Part shown: piece after piece, positions 13,111-26,054 of the stretch | How positions within the stretch are numbered: the first letter of the stretch is position 1 | How the letters are laid out: the number at the start of each line of letters is the position of its first letter | Assembly: GCA_048128005.1 (NCBI GenBank) | Contig: JBEUKZ010000099.1 | Location: 1-64,000 of the forward strand | Origin: Veleropilina oligotropha | Lineage: Eukaryota | DNA length: 64,000 nucleotides | Direction of reading: 5' to 3' | Notes under the pieces: model-generated | The model's database searches: none | The model's input: the letters and a program-made list of their open reading frames with translations, nothing else | Told to the model about the DNA's origin: nothing | Made by a program: the position numbers and the translations under genes

Positions 13111-14229
13111 GTCCGCAACACTTCTTCCGACTGTACCAACATTACAAATTAAGCTATTGTAAAAAAATCAAGTTGTGTCTGGTGCCAAACAATAGTCATT
13201 AAATTGTGCATAGGTGTTTTATCTTGCGTCGAATTTTGGGAAAAGTGAAAATAATTGCCAAGTAATACCCAACGTAATTCAATTGTACTCTTAATATATA
13301 TAAAGGCACTAGGAAATCTAGTTGCATCCGACACTAAATAATTACTAGTATATTTCATAAACTGCTTGTTTAAGAGTAGGCCTATATATTATATGCAATC
13401 AATCTTCCAAAATTGAAATGAAACATTTTTCGGAAAGGTTTAAATTGATAACACTGCAATGATTATGGTTATGAGATCGGATAACGGTGCTCTGTTGTTT
13501 GAGTAGCAATTAGCCGTACGCGACACTGTCCAGAGTTGACGATCATTTCTATTATTGTATATCAAATGACTGCAATTAGCAATACAGTGTCGCGAAAGTA
13601 GCTAAGGGCGATAACTCATTCTAGTGTGGTAGATTGTTGAGTATGGCGTAGGCCTACCGTGCGTACGCATTAACCTGTGCCGTCTTCGGTCCAACTAAAT
13701 AAATTATGATTCCATGGACATATTTATTCGCACTAAAATATCTGATAATTTCAAAAACACTTTTTACCTGCGTCTAGCAGGGTCAATGGATGGTACATGT
13801 AAGTTGTTGTTGTTGTTCTTCTTCTTGGGGGGAAGACAATTTTGAAATGATTTCAACCAGATCTTCCACCTTTTAGGCGACTTCGACAACAAGCCAATTT
13901 GAAAAAAGTGCATGACCACTTGATGTATGAATTGAGAGATGCTACCTAACAGAATATCAAATTACCATGACAGCCTCTTTGATGAATAAATATTAAATCA
14001 TACAGAAACGTGGTCTGTATTATATGTATCACACATGTTTCACAGTAGTAAAAGAGGTATAACAGTTAAACATTTTAAGATTTTGCATACTTTATTAAAT
14101 TATAATTAATCAACTTTATTATAGTTAACTAAGTCTGTCAAAGGGGCGTAACTCTTGAAAACCAAATTCTATGAAATCTATACTATAATCGTGGAGAGTT
14201 TGTGGAATAAAATAAATAAATAAAATAAA

Positions 14230-14383
14230 TAGGGACTGAACTGCATTCCCATTGCTTCATAGGGATATAAATGCAAGCAGCAATTACATCTTCTATGGAG
14301 CGCGCTAGCGCTCCATTTAGAATATGTAATTGCTGCTTGCATTTATATCCCTATGAAGCAATGGGAATGCAGTTCAATCCTTA
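14230..14383. repeat. Near-perfect hairpin of about 150 bp
   Basis: tgaactgcattcccattgcttcatagggatataaatgcaagcagcaattacat and its reverse complement around gagcgcgctagcgctc. Confidence 0.9.
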
Positions 14384-14703
14384 TATTTACATTAGTATGT
14401 AACCACAATCTCGTAAAATAAACGTAATAGTTTATTTTGTTATGTTGCAGTAATTATTGTATATCGTCTGGTAACGACAATCTAATGGAACAGCCTTTTC
14501 ATCATCCAAAAAATAGTTCCTGTATGTATTTCAATCTGTAGTAAAAATAATCAATAATATTGTTAAATTCCATTCAAAGATTTAATTGATATTAAAAATA
14601 TAATGTGAATTTAACATTAGAGACGAAACTTTATATGTATAACAAATATATAACAAGAAACTTTTGCTCATTTATATTTAGCATAAAGTAGTGATTTGGT
14701 CTT

Positions 14704-15160
14704 CTAGCGTGAAAAGTTAAATGTGCAAACGTGGAAAACTGAATTCGTCATCATGCCAGAGTTGCTGTAACTTTCATTATTGGACATGAACATGTTGTTG
14801 CCGTTTGTTGCTTGGAGAGGAGCAGTCGTGACTGGTACTACAGCATTCAACGGTGAAGGATGTGTTTCTGGGTCTGCTGTTAAAGCGGCGTGTTGCACAC
14901 GTGGTAAATTCGAGGATCCACATGCTACAGCGGACAGCGTGTCTGAAAACGATTTCCGCTGGGATGTCGAGCATGCTCGGTTGTAGGCACGTATTGCGGA
15001 CTCGGATTTGTGACCAGACATAAACATGATGTGTCGTGCTTCATATCTACTGTCATTCATGGCTTGAATAGATGTAGTGCGTAAACAATGTGCTGTATAT
15101 TTGTTTACGTTAGCAGCGGTGCAGATATCGTGGCTCCTTCAAGGTAAGAATAAATTTGAT
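14704..15160 (-). mobile_element. Tyrosine-recombinase C-terminal remnant (Crypton-like)
   Basis: Extending the ORF upstream gives YTAHCLRTTSIQAM..IMFMSGHKSESAIRAY, matching the HxLR..GH..Y catalytic signature of tyrosine recombinases. Confidence 0.75.
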
Positions 15161-15422
15161 TTAAATGATTTGCTGGAATTATTTGTTTGTGGCGAACTGC
15201 CATGCTTCATTCTATCTTTCAGAAGGCCATCTAACTTAATGTGTGATTTGCCTGTTTGAATTCTTTATTCAAGTAGTCATTTTGCAGACGGTAGAATTCC
15301 AACACAATCAAAGTAGTCCGGTATTACTACGCCTTGTCTATTTTCGCTATTGCTTCATAGCTCTATTGCTTCATAGTTCTATGAACGCAATTAAACCATA
15401 ATGAGCTAAATAGCCGCCGATG

Positions 15423-15758
15423 TAAATATAATAAAATAAATAAAATAAAATAAAATAAAATAAAATAAAATAAATAAAATAAAATAAAATAAAATAAAAT
15501 AAAATAAATAAAATAAAATAAAATAAAATAAAATAAAATAAATAAAATAAAATAAAATAAAATAAAATAAATAAATTAAAATAAATTAAAAAAATAAAAT
15601 AAAATAAAATAAATAAATAAAATAAAATAAAATAAAATAAAATAAAATAAATAAATTAAAATAAATTAAAAAAATCAAATAAAATAAAATAAAATATAAT
15701 AAAATAAAATAAAATAAAATAAATAAAATAAAATAAAATATAATATAATATAATATAA
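15423..15758. repeat. (TAAAA)n simple repeat
   Basis: Direct reading; it abuts a HINE-like terminus at 15759-15800. Confidence 0.95.
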
Positions 15759-16848
15759 TGCGGGGAGACTCACCCGTCGAAGACGGGTACCCTGGCTAGT
15801 CATACAGAAACATGGTCTGTATTATATGTATCACACATGTTTCACAGTAGAAATGTTGCTTATGACGCAGGTTATTGCACACATTATGTGCTTGTTTAAG
15901 TATTTTCTATCACATTATGATTATTGAAAGATACGAAATTATACAAATGTTTGAACTATTAATAAAGCAAAGCTATAAAGGACATTAATTCTGATCCAAT
16001 ATGGAAAAGTCCTTGTCTCCATTCATACTGTACATATTCGGAATTATTAATACAAACAATCTTTAACGGACAACTAAACGACTGGTATGAGTTGACATAT
16101 TCGCATGCATAAACAAGTGAAACAAAGTGGTCGTTACGGGTTTTATTAAATCATTTTACATCTCTTTATAAAGAAGGCGAACCTCTACAGAAATTACAAC
16201 ATAGATGCTAACTCAAAATCCCGGATAAATGGTGCTGATCATGTCATGCTCTGGCTGAGCAATATAAAAACAGATAAACAAAATTTAATGACATTATCCT
16301 AATTTTCACGTGAATGATCGGTTCTGGTTGGATGAAAAACAAATACCCCTATGCCCAGCTTGAGGAAAGTTATTTTGTTCATGCGTCATAAAATAAAATA
16401 TACCCATATTATCCGTCGTCATGAGTATTAGAAGCAATCGGCCCTTTCCGTAAAGAGGCCCAGGTGAAATGTGCTCATGACGTCATCTATATAATGGCAG
16501 CTGCGGTCAAAAAATATGACAACAACACCATTTTACCAATGTTCAGTTTAGTAGATTGGCAAATATGTTTCAAATTAAAATCAAGATACATTCGTTGTCG
16601 AGCAATGGTAGTAACGGATTCGACAATCACTTCCAGGTTCAAGGGTAGTGGGTTCAAACCTCGGCAAAGACAGTACACGTTTGTATATGTATATATATAT
16701 ATTAACAATTTACAACCTTGTTTCATCAGCAAATATTAGAATGTCACATCAGCATTTGAGCATTATGACAAAAGACCCAACGTTAATCAGGTATCTGCTT
16801 TCAAATGAATATTTATCGACTATTCAAGCAATGTTCTTAAAACGTTGC

Positions 16849-17144
16849 CAGGGGCAGATCTAGAAGGGGGGAGTCCGTGGGCTCGGACCCCCCCCCCCCC
16901 CTTGACGAACCAAGTGCCCTTTTGCTTCGGCCATTTAAATACTTAATGTGTTAGATTGTGAAAAAATGAAAAATTACTCATACATTTTAGTGAAAATGGT
17001 TCATAAATGTTGGTAAGAAATATCGCTTTTGCCCTGTCAGAGTGCAGGAGAGGAGGTTTCAGGCTGTTGATTGTCAAAATTTTCTTTCGCGTATATTTTA
17101 TGAAAGTTGGAACCCCCCTTGTCAAAATCCTGGATCCGCCCCTG
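16849..17144. mobile_element. hAT-like MITE
   Basis: caggggcagatctagaa ... tcctggatccgcccctg terminal inverted repeats; no target-site duplication (TSD) recognisable. Confidence 0.6.
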
Positions 17145-17515
17145 GTTGACGCATACACACCCCGACTTAAATGATAGTAGGCCTACGTAAAACTTATTGT
17201 CTAACTTTTCATCATTTGCTTGCTTTTGCGGCAAAAAATAAGCATTCAATCTGTTAACATCTACAAAATCAAAGGCGGAAACATTTAAAATCAAGTAAAA
17301 CATTGCGGCAACACGTGTTCGACTGCTGTGACAAAGGCATATTGAAGCTAGATATATGTAATAACGAGTAAAACACTAGCCATCTTGAGCCGATCGCCGC
17401 CTGAAAAATATGGGTGGCGTAAACCGGGTTGGAAAAAAGCACAAACAAGTAACCTTTCCGCTACTTCTCCAATCAAATCCAGCTATTGCAGCAACCCTCG
17501 TATACACCGCATGCC

Positions 17516-18119
17516 TCATTCCGCCATCTTGGATTTACACGATTTCTTATGGCGAACGAGACTACTGTTATACTAGCATCATGCGCATCAGGCCTCTGCG
17601 CACATCCGGATAAACCTCGTCCGAGGTTTATCCGGATGTGCGCAGAGGCCTGATGCGCATGATGCTACTGTTATACGTAAACGAACTGTTGCACCATTCG
17701 CAAACGAATGGTCGATATCCTCGATGACTGTTCACGTGACCCAGATAGTGTTCTCTATGATTATATGGTTTACTGCAAAATGGACAAATATATCGATACG
17801 ATATCAGCGAGTGTGTCTTCTCGTGTTCAGATAGTTGCAAAGGCGTTGAAAATACCTTGTCGCATCGGCGACACAAATACTTGTCATGCGAGTACATATG
17901 TTTTACGAAGGGGTTCCGACCAATTATGTCCAACTCGCAGACAGCGCATGAATACAGGCGATGTTCTTCCGATGACCTGTCTTCAACGTCTGTGGTATTA
18001 CGATGTTGGTATGAATTGTCTCCCCCTTTTGAATCCAATCTGGCAAGAGGCGTCGCTTCGGATTCTTCATGTAGAGGATAGGTTGCATCTGCGATACAAA
18101 GGGAATATCCTCTCTCGAC
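17516..18119 (-). CDS. Zinc-finger terminal exon, cassette 2 (4 fingers; last finger interrupted by an insertion)
   Basis: Acceptor cttactccgttgcag|GTC, phase 0. CAVC, CRRC, CPFC..HYLGHVNSH, CEWCNSSFTYNS. Removing the insertion at 17574-17667 plus one TSD restores SLVRHKKSCKSKMAE* (stop 17516-17518). As written it stops at 17628. Confidence 0.85.
17574..17667. mobile_element. 94-bp perfect palindromic (foldback) insertion with a 9-bp TSD
   Basis: 46-bp arms with a 2-bp centre; ctgttatac at 17565-17573 and 17668-17676. Confidence 0.92.
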
Positions 18120-18439
18120 CTGCAACGGAGTAAGGGAGATAATTCAATTATTCAGAAAATAATTGATCAGCACTCGATCTTCATTTGTAATCATAATTGG
18201 ATGAATATTGTGCAAAAACACAAAGTATTTTCTATAAATAATTGTTTCTTCCGTAACCACTGGCTTCATTCCGCTTCCACGAACGGTATTGGGTTCGAAC
18301 CTCAGTTGGAACATGACATTATTTTATGAATCACAGTTGTTCATAATTGGTCTGAGAAGGCGGGTTTCCCAGGCGACCGGGCTTTCCTGTCGCGAGAATA
18401 TGGACATGTCCTGCATTGAACTTATTGGTTGGAAATATA

Positions 18440-21400
18440 CAGAACATTTAAGCACCGATTATCCATCGCGTCAGTTACAATTGCTCACAAATGTGACTGG
18501 TATGTACATAACGATCTCATGGGTAGTGACCATTTTCCGATTTTCACTGAAATTGACATAGCGCCTGATGTAGGAAATCAACAACAAGAACCTAAATGGA
18601 ATTTTAAGAAAGCTAATTGGGAAAGCTTCCATAACGAATGTCTTAACATAGACTAAAACGAAATTTTCGATAACGATATAGAAACATTTACTGAAAATCT
18701 GGTTAACCGCATCATATTAATAGCGGATAAACATATTCCAAAAACGGACATAAGAAAGGACGATAAAATCCCAGTTCCGTGGTGGAATGATAAATGCAAA
18801 CAAGAACTCAAAAACCGTAAAAAAAATGCTCACTAGATGTAGACGAACTAATATCCCGGCAGATATAGAAGCTTACAAATTAGCCAAAACATCAGCTAGA
18901 TAAGTAATTAAAGAGGCAAAAAGAGATAACTGGCAAGAATATTGCACAACATTAAATGATAGAACAGATAGCATAAACGTTTGGAGCAAAATTCATAAAA
19001 TTAATGGGAAGAAAACAAGAAACCGAATCCCAACACTAGACCAAACCATACTAGCAAAAAGTAATAAACAGAAAGCAGAAATGCTAGCCAAAAGTTACGC
19101 GCAAGTTAGCAGCACCCGTAACTACAACCGTCAATTTTTAGACCAAAAAGACGAGCGCGAAACCGCCTTCCGCAATGAACCGAAAGCATTAAACGACCCG
19201 ACAAATCCCCCAAATTACCCATTTTCAATGATAGAGCTAACAGAAGCATTCGCCCACAAAAAGGGAACGTCAAACTGGGCAGGATAAGGTTAGCTACGAA
19301 ATGTTCAAACACATGCCCGTAAATACGTTAAATACGTTAGAATTAATTCTACTTCTTTTCAACGCCACTTGGGAAAAGGGAGATCTCCCGAAACCATGGA
19401 AACGGGCCGAAATCATTCCCATATTGAAACCAAACAAAGACCCAAATGATCCAAAATCATATACGCCGATATCATTAACATCTAACCTATGCAAAACACT
19501 AGAAATCATGATTAGCAAAAGAATAGTATATCATCTAGAGAAAAACAATCTAATTAACCCGAACCAAAGCGGTTTTAGGAAAAATAGGCAGACAACAGAT
19601 CAATTGGTAAGACTTGAAAATGACATTAGAAAAGGATTCGGCGCTTTTTTGGTACTTCCCCACAGCTCCGGCTTTTACTCAACTTTGGAAATCCGGTTTT
19701 TCATCTCCGCGTCGTTAATGTTAAATCCATGGGGACTAGCAACAGGTGAACCTCGGTCAGTCCAGGCTCACGGGGCGGTCCGGTGTATATACGTTTGTAA
19801 AGCCAATACAACTACGTACCCATCACGTGTATCTTATCGCAAGCTGCATTTGACTTTAGTAGAAATTGACAAGGCAGATAATACGCGAAATGTGAAAATT
19901 TAAGACGAATAAAAGCCGGAGCTCCTTAAATATGTATAAAAGCCGGATCTGTGGGGAAGTACCGAAGGAGCACCAAGGATTCATCCACAATAGAAAAACA
20001 CTAGCAGTTTTCATTGATTTCGAAAAAGCATACGACATGATTTGGCATGAAGGACTCAAAGAAAAAATTATAAACTTAGGTATTACAGAGAGAATGCTAA
20101 ATTGGATAGGTAATTTTTTGGAAGATAGGAAAATAAATGTAAGAGTCGAAAACTCAAGATCGGATGATTACGATCTACAAAACGGTGCGTCACAAGGTAG
20201 TGTAATCAGTCCAACTCTTTTCAACATAATGATTAATGACTTAGATAAAACTCTGGTAGAAAACAAAGTAACACAAACATCATTGTTTGCAGACGATAGC
20301 GCGATGTGGAACTCGAATAAAAATGTTAAAAAACTAGAAGAGAGAATGAACGAAAACCTTAAATTAATTCATAAATGGTCAAACGAGTGGGGATTTAAAA
20401 TATCCGAATCAAAAACGGTAGGAGTACTCTTTTCTAAAGGTAGACAGTACATAAAACCTACATTAATACTATATAACAAGCAATTGAAGACATAGCTACA
20501 TTTCTAGGAATGACATTTGATCGTAAATTAACTTGGCATCCCCACATTAATCAACTCATCAATAATTGCCGTAAGATGCTCAACCTCATGAGATGCGTCT
20601 CTGGTAACGAATGGGGAGCAAATAGACAAACTTTAACATGTTTATACAAAGCTTTAATTTTGTCGAGAGTAGATAACGGCTGTCAGGCATACGGCTCAGC
20701 CAAACCACATCTTTTAAAGAAAATAGACAAAATTCAAAACCAAGCTTTAAGGATAATTACAGGAGCATTTAAATCGACTCCAATAGCCAGTCTTGAAATA
20801 GAAACACATATCAAACCACTATAACTACGCAGGAAACAAATGACACTCAACTACTGGGCAAAAACTATATCTCAAGTAGAAACCAATCCCGCGGCTAAAC
20901 TAGACGCTAACTGCAATGCCTTCCAAAAAATAGAATACAATAAACGGTACGTAGATCGACCACCGTACGGATTGATAACACGAAGATCTAGTCAAGAACT
21001 AAAAGTTGATAAAATAAATATTGTTCAAAACAGACCGGCAGACAAACCCCCTTGGCAACAAAATCCTGTTAAATCCTCAATAGAACTTAGCCACATGATA
21101 AAGAAGGATGACACGTCTCTTAATATAAAAGCCACAACCAAAGCTTTCATAGAAGAAAAATGGAATGGATATTTAAAAGTGTACACCGACGGGTCAATAG
21201 ACCCAGAGACTTCACAAACGTCAGCAGCTGTAGTAATCCCAGAGTGACAGTAAACAAATCATTTAAACTCCCAACCAGCTTATCGATGTATAGCACTGAA
21301 CTGGTAGCTATCGAGCAAGCAATGGTAATTATTAACGTAATCGAACCACTAAAAGTTGTAATTCTTTCAGACTCCCTCAGTGGACTTCAATCTCTTCAAC

Positions 21401-23066
21401 AGGCAAACAATTCAACAAGACCTGATCTAATCAATAAAATCAAATCATTAAATGATGTGATAAAGGAATAGATATAAATCTGGAATGGATTCCAGCAGCA
21501 AACGTAGGAATTTCAGGCAACGAAATGGCAGATTCAGCTGCGAAAAGGGGATTGACAAACCCAGAATATACTATAAATAATATCCCGCTTAGCCACAGCG
21601 AAGTCAAAAGCATAGTCAGAACACACATTAACAATGAGTGGCAAGATCGCTGGAATCACCACGAGAAAGGCAGACATATTTTTGAAATTAAAAATAAAAT
21701 AGGCAAACTATAGTAAACTTGAAAGCAAAACAATAACGCGCCTCCAACTCGGACATTCAGGTCTACAAGCTCACAGATACAGAATTAAATCTTGTGAATC
21801 ACCAAAATATCCCCATTGCGACTTTCCAGAAACAGTCAATCATTACCTGTTAGAATGTCCCGCACATATAAATGAAAGACAAAAGCTTAAAGATACGTTA
21901 AAAACAGTTAATATACTTGAAATTGACAATAAACACTTCTAGCACCACCTGAACCATTAGCTAATTACACATATAGGGCATTAGCTAAATATATCAAAGA
22001 CACCGGCTACGCAAAAAAGTGGCAAAATCAGGATCTTAATATAAGGAGAGGAAGAGAGGGAGGTCAGTAACCAAAACTACCTCAAACCAACCCCAAAAAA
22101 AAAAAAAAAAATCCAAAAATATTTCAAATTTTTATATTTGTTTACTTTTTTCAGACGCACTCGTGGTTAAAGTATTAGGCTCTGTTGCATTATTCTCGGG
22201 GCAGTAGCTGATACCTTCCGACGTCACCTTGATGTACGTGGAGATTTGGTTACGTAAAATAGGGGAGTGTGCAGATAAATCTACAACTAAAAAGTTTCAG
22301 ACACACTCATGGTGGAGATAGGCTCTGGTGGGCAGTAGCTGATACCTTCCGACGTCACCTTGATGTACGTGGAGATTTGGTAACGGAAAATAGGGGAGTG
22401 TGCAGAAACAAAAGCAAATAAGATACAAGCACCTCTTGCACTTCACTATACATAACTCATACCCAACAAACGAAACCAGGCATACTCATGGAGGATGGAG
22501 TATGCCTAGTTACTCCTTTTCTTTTCTTTCCTTCTTTTTCTTAGGGCTAACACATTCACAATTACTGAATGCGGCTCCATTATGATACACTCTCAACAAC
22601 ACATAACTCACTTTCTATCCTCCAACTTCTCTTCTTAATTTTTTTTACTTATCCTTATTTTCTCTCGGACCTTTATGATTGACTACAATATCCATTATAT
22701 TCCAATACATAACGCTCTGATTAATTCCATGTATAATTGTTATGTAGACATTATATATGGTTTTTCTCTCTCTCTTTAACTTAACTTATTTTTTCACTTT
22801 ATAAATAAATTAACCGTTATAAATTTCAATGTACGGAAATATATATCAACCTACATGTTATCTTTAATAATGTTATAACTTATCAACCATCGTATTGTAA
22901 CATCATATACTACAAAAAAAAAATTCTATTATTTTCCAGTTTTTTTTTGTGGCCCTGAATCGGGAAGTTGGATCTGTTGGACGGACGGTGCAGCCTGAAT
23001 GCGGAGTTCGGCATTTTATGTACGGTGCGTGCGCGACGTCCATGGCAAAAACAAAACAAAGAAACA
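18440..23066 (+). mobile_element. Degenerate I/Nimb-group LINE (endonuclease end, RT, RNase H, C-terminal zinc motif, long 3' UTR)
   Basis: MGSDHFPI (APE endonuclease end), PISLTSNLCK, QSGFRK, FIDFEKAYD, QGSVISP, LFADD, VYTDGS..STELVAI..LSDSLS..GNEMADSAAK (RNase H). Multiple stops and frameshifts; A-rich tail near 23047-23066. Confidence 0.9.
19640..19974. mobile_element. 335-bp MITE with an 8-bp TSD inserted in the LINE RT
   Basis: aaggattc on both sides (19632-19639, 19975-19982); TIR core ggtacttccccacag..tccggctttta. Removal restores IRKGFIHNRKTLAVFIDFEKA. Confidence 0.9.
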
Positions 23067-23590
23067 AGTCAAATATAAAGTCAAGAGGTCGAAATCACAT
23101 AAACTGTGGAAGACCTCGTAAAACACGAAATAAACAAGAACAAGCATCGATCATTTCTTTCCCAACCAACCACGAATGTCGAACCAATAAAAGCTTTCCC
23201 GAACTGCTCACCTTTCAAATACGTACAGCTCATTGTATACAGAAAAGATAACCGAAGATACGTCTACATGCATGAACATCTACATTTTCGTTCGATGTGG
23301 ACTTTTGACTTGTATTATATCGATACTTATGCTATTGATTTTAGTGACTGGACCGAAGCTTAATATACAGGGTCAAATCATGACATATCCATATTCTCGG
23401 GGGAGGAATGACAGGTCGCCTTCAAAAACATGCTCTCACAACCCAGTTCTGGTCAAATTAGACTTTCATTTGAAAAAAGAGCCCAGTTCATGGCCTGGCG
23501 GCTGATTCTCAAATGTGGGTTCGAAACATCGGGTCGAAACTTTTTTGAAATTAACTGTCACAGTTGTCCATAACTCCGAAATGGGTGTCA

Positions 23591-23733
23591 ATAATCCGGA
23601 CTGTTCTATTACCATAATCCGGACTGTTCTATTACCATAATCCGGACTGTTCTATTACCATAATCCGGACTGTTCTATTACCATAATCCGGACTGTTCTA
23701 TTACCACAATCCGGACTGTTCGATTACGATAAT
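23591..23733. repeat. 23-bp minisatellite, about 6 copies
   Basis: Unit ataatccggactgttctattacc. Confidence 0.95.
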
Positions 23734-24097
23734 ACAGTCGTGTCTCAATATGACCACAGATGTTACAATAAACAACGAAAAACAAAGCAATAACTGTACC
23801 CAGTTGTGTACCTATGTTGAATAAAATGCCTGATATAATATAGCGTTACCAAAGGAATGAATACCCATTATTCTAGTTGCTCGCAATGACCATAGTCGCC
23901 AAGGTTTTCACGTGGAATTCTGACAACTTTCGAAGCGTTTTAAATACGATTATATAATAAAATAACATGAGACACGATATTCAGCCTCTACTAAACCATT
24001 AAATTTATTTGCCTCACGCTTTAAGCTGGGTTGACGTATAATATCCACTTAGCACTCCTTTGAGCAACATCCATATTAGCGCGTCTGAAAAGCCCAG

Positions 24098-25812
24098 GGG
24101 CCATGTTCCCGAAAGGGTCGGTAGTTATGGATTTAGCGACGTTGTTAATGTGTTTAACCACCAACTAACTACACGATTAACAACCGTTATCTGAAGGGGT
24201 GGTTAAGCTGTCGTTATACAGGCATTACACAACGATGGCGCTACCAAGAAGCATGCTTTGTTTGCATGTCCTCGCTTTCCGGGAAAATGCCTGTAATTCA
24301 CACAGTTACTGTATCTGTGCACAACACAGTGACAAGGTTCAGCACAAGTTACATGTAACAAACATGGCATCTGCGGACAAAAACACACATAGGTCACCAT
24401 TTTCTGTGTATGAATTAGGTGCTCTTGTCGATGCTGTATCCCAGATAAAAGATATAATATACAATACATTCAGCGATGTCCTAACAAATCAAGTGACAAT
24501 TGATGCATGGTCTGAAGTAACTGCAGTTAATGCAATTTCGAAAGTAGAACGCGATGCTTCTGAAATACGGAGAAAATGGAAATGATTTTCAATTAGATCA
24601 TTTCTAGCTCTTATTTAATCGGCTGCATAGTCGTGTAGTACTTCGCCATCATCGCTGTCCTTGTTATTATTATCGTCATCTTCATCATTATTTGGTAAGG
24701 GAATGGTTTCGAATGCACAAGTTGTTAAGAACTGCTGTTGCAACAATAACTGTGGTTTGAACATCATACAGCCACCAGATTTATGCAAGCATCTCCATCT
24801 TAATTTCCAAATCCCGAAGCCTCATTCACGCACGCACGCACACACGCACACCGTGTGTTTCGGTGTGCGCGGTTAAACTTGCGTTGTGCTGCTGAGGTTG
24901 GGTTTCCTACTGGCGTGATTAATCATGGCCTTAACGGATGTCCCGAATATCCAAGAAGCCATCCTCCCACAATTCGATTATCTTCATACATGTCTGCAAA
25001 CAAAGGCATCATGGGTTGCACCTGGCCATCGAGCGACAATATTAAGGAACTGTCCGTATGGACCCATAGTACCTTGGATACTAAGAGCATGGTAACCTTT
25101 GTGGCAGAAATATCGATATTAATGTGTCATAACTGCTCCTAACACATTGGGAAATGCTGCCAACGTATAAAACTGTTCCCCCAATACTCGCTGAGCATGA
25201 TGTGCCATTGTAAATTCAATTTCATCGTTGAGCATGTTTTCATTTATTGCCGAAGCAACTCGATGGTCAGCTTTGGAGACAGAAAACCGGCTAATGCCGT
25301 GTACGTCACCTATAACAGATTGGAAGTTGCCAGTTGCATAGTAACGCAAAGCCACGCATAATTGCAGGGAAACAGGCAAAGCTCACGATCTTCTTGTTGG
25401 GTGTCTCAACGTCCCTTCTAATTTACCACAAACATATATGATTGCTTCTCTGTCCAGTCTGTATTTCTTAAAAATTTCATGGTCACTCACTTAATCCAGC
25501 GGATTTTGTCTGTCACGAAACACCATCGGAACTATCTGTTACTTTCTAAATCTTCTTTGAGGGGCACGTTGATTTAAAACAATATGGGAAACTGCCATTG
25601 CTTTGGTAATAACGTATAACCAGCAAAAGACCAGCGGTTAGTATGTGTACATCTATTAACGACCTCCTAACACTTGGTCTTCGGTAGGTGTTCAAATAAC
25701 GACGTGGTTAGCGATTTTGGAAATTAACAACCCTTTGTATCTCATGGAGCTAATCTGAACTACCATTTAACAACGTCGTTAACGTTAACTACTCTTTCGG
25801 GAACATGGGGCC
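24098..25812. mobile_element. Degenerate PIF/Harbinger transposon with convergent Myb/SANT-like (+) and HARBI1-like transposase (-) remnants
   Basis: TIRs ccatgttcccgaaag / ctttcgggaacatgg with flanking CAG. Plus strand FSVYELGALVDAV..AWSEVT..EIRRKWK; minus strand LQLCVALRYYATGNFQSVIGDVHGIS..FPNVLGA. Confidence 0.85.
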
Positions 25813-26054
25813 CAGGGCCGGAAACATGCAAGCCACGAATAGCTAAAGGTCCATGCGGTTAGTACGAATGAATTGTTTTGGATCGATGGTTAAAGTCACA
25901 TTTTAACAACCAAGAAACCCCACCTTCTCCGGCCATTAAGAAACAAGTATGAATGCACAACGGGACCAGCCGATGATTCGTACCCACTTCTGTTAATCAG
26001 AGCAGTCAGGCGAGTTAAATGGGAGCAGCGCTGGTTTTTAGCGACGTGTCTTCG

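Noticed and set aside
17628..17667. IMRIRPLRTSG as a genuine conserved C-terminus appearing on both strands
   Set aside because: It is the translation of the palindromic insertion arms.
22199..22406. Hammerhead ribozyme in the LINE 3' UTR
   Set aside because: ctgatac does not match the CUGANGA core and no convincing stems were found.
23155..23222. Possible further decayed ZF cassette (minus strand LKGEQFGKAFIGSTFVVG)
   Set aside because: It resembles LKCxxCGKAFxxSTHFVG, but both Cys and both His are absent and no second finger or acceptor was found. Too weak without an HMM test.
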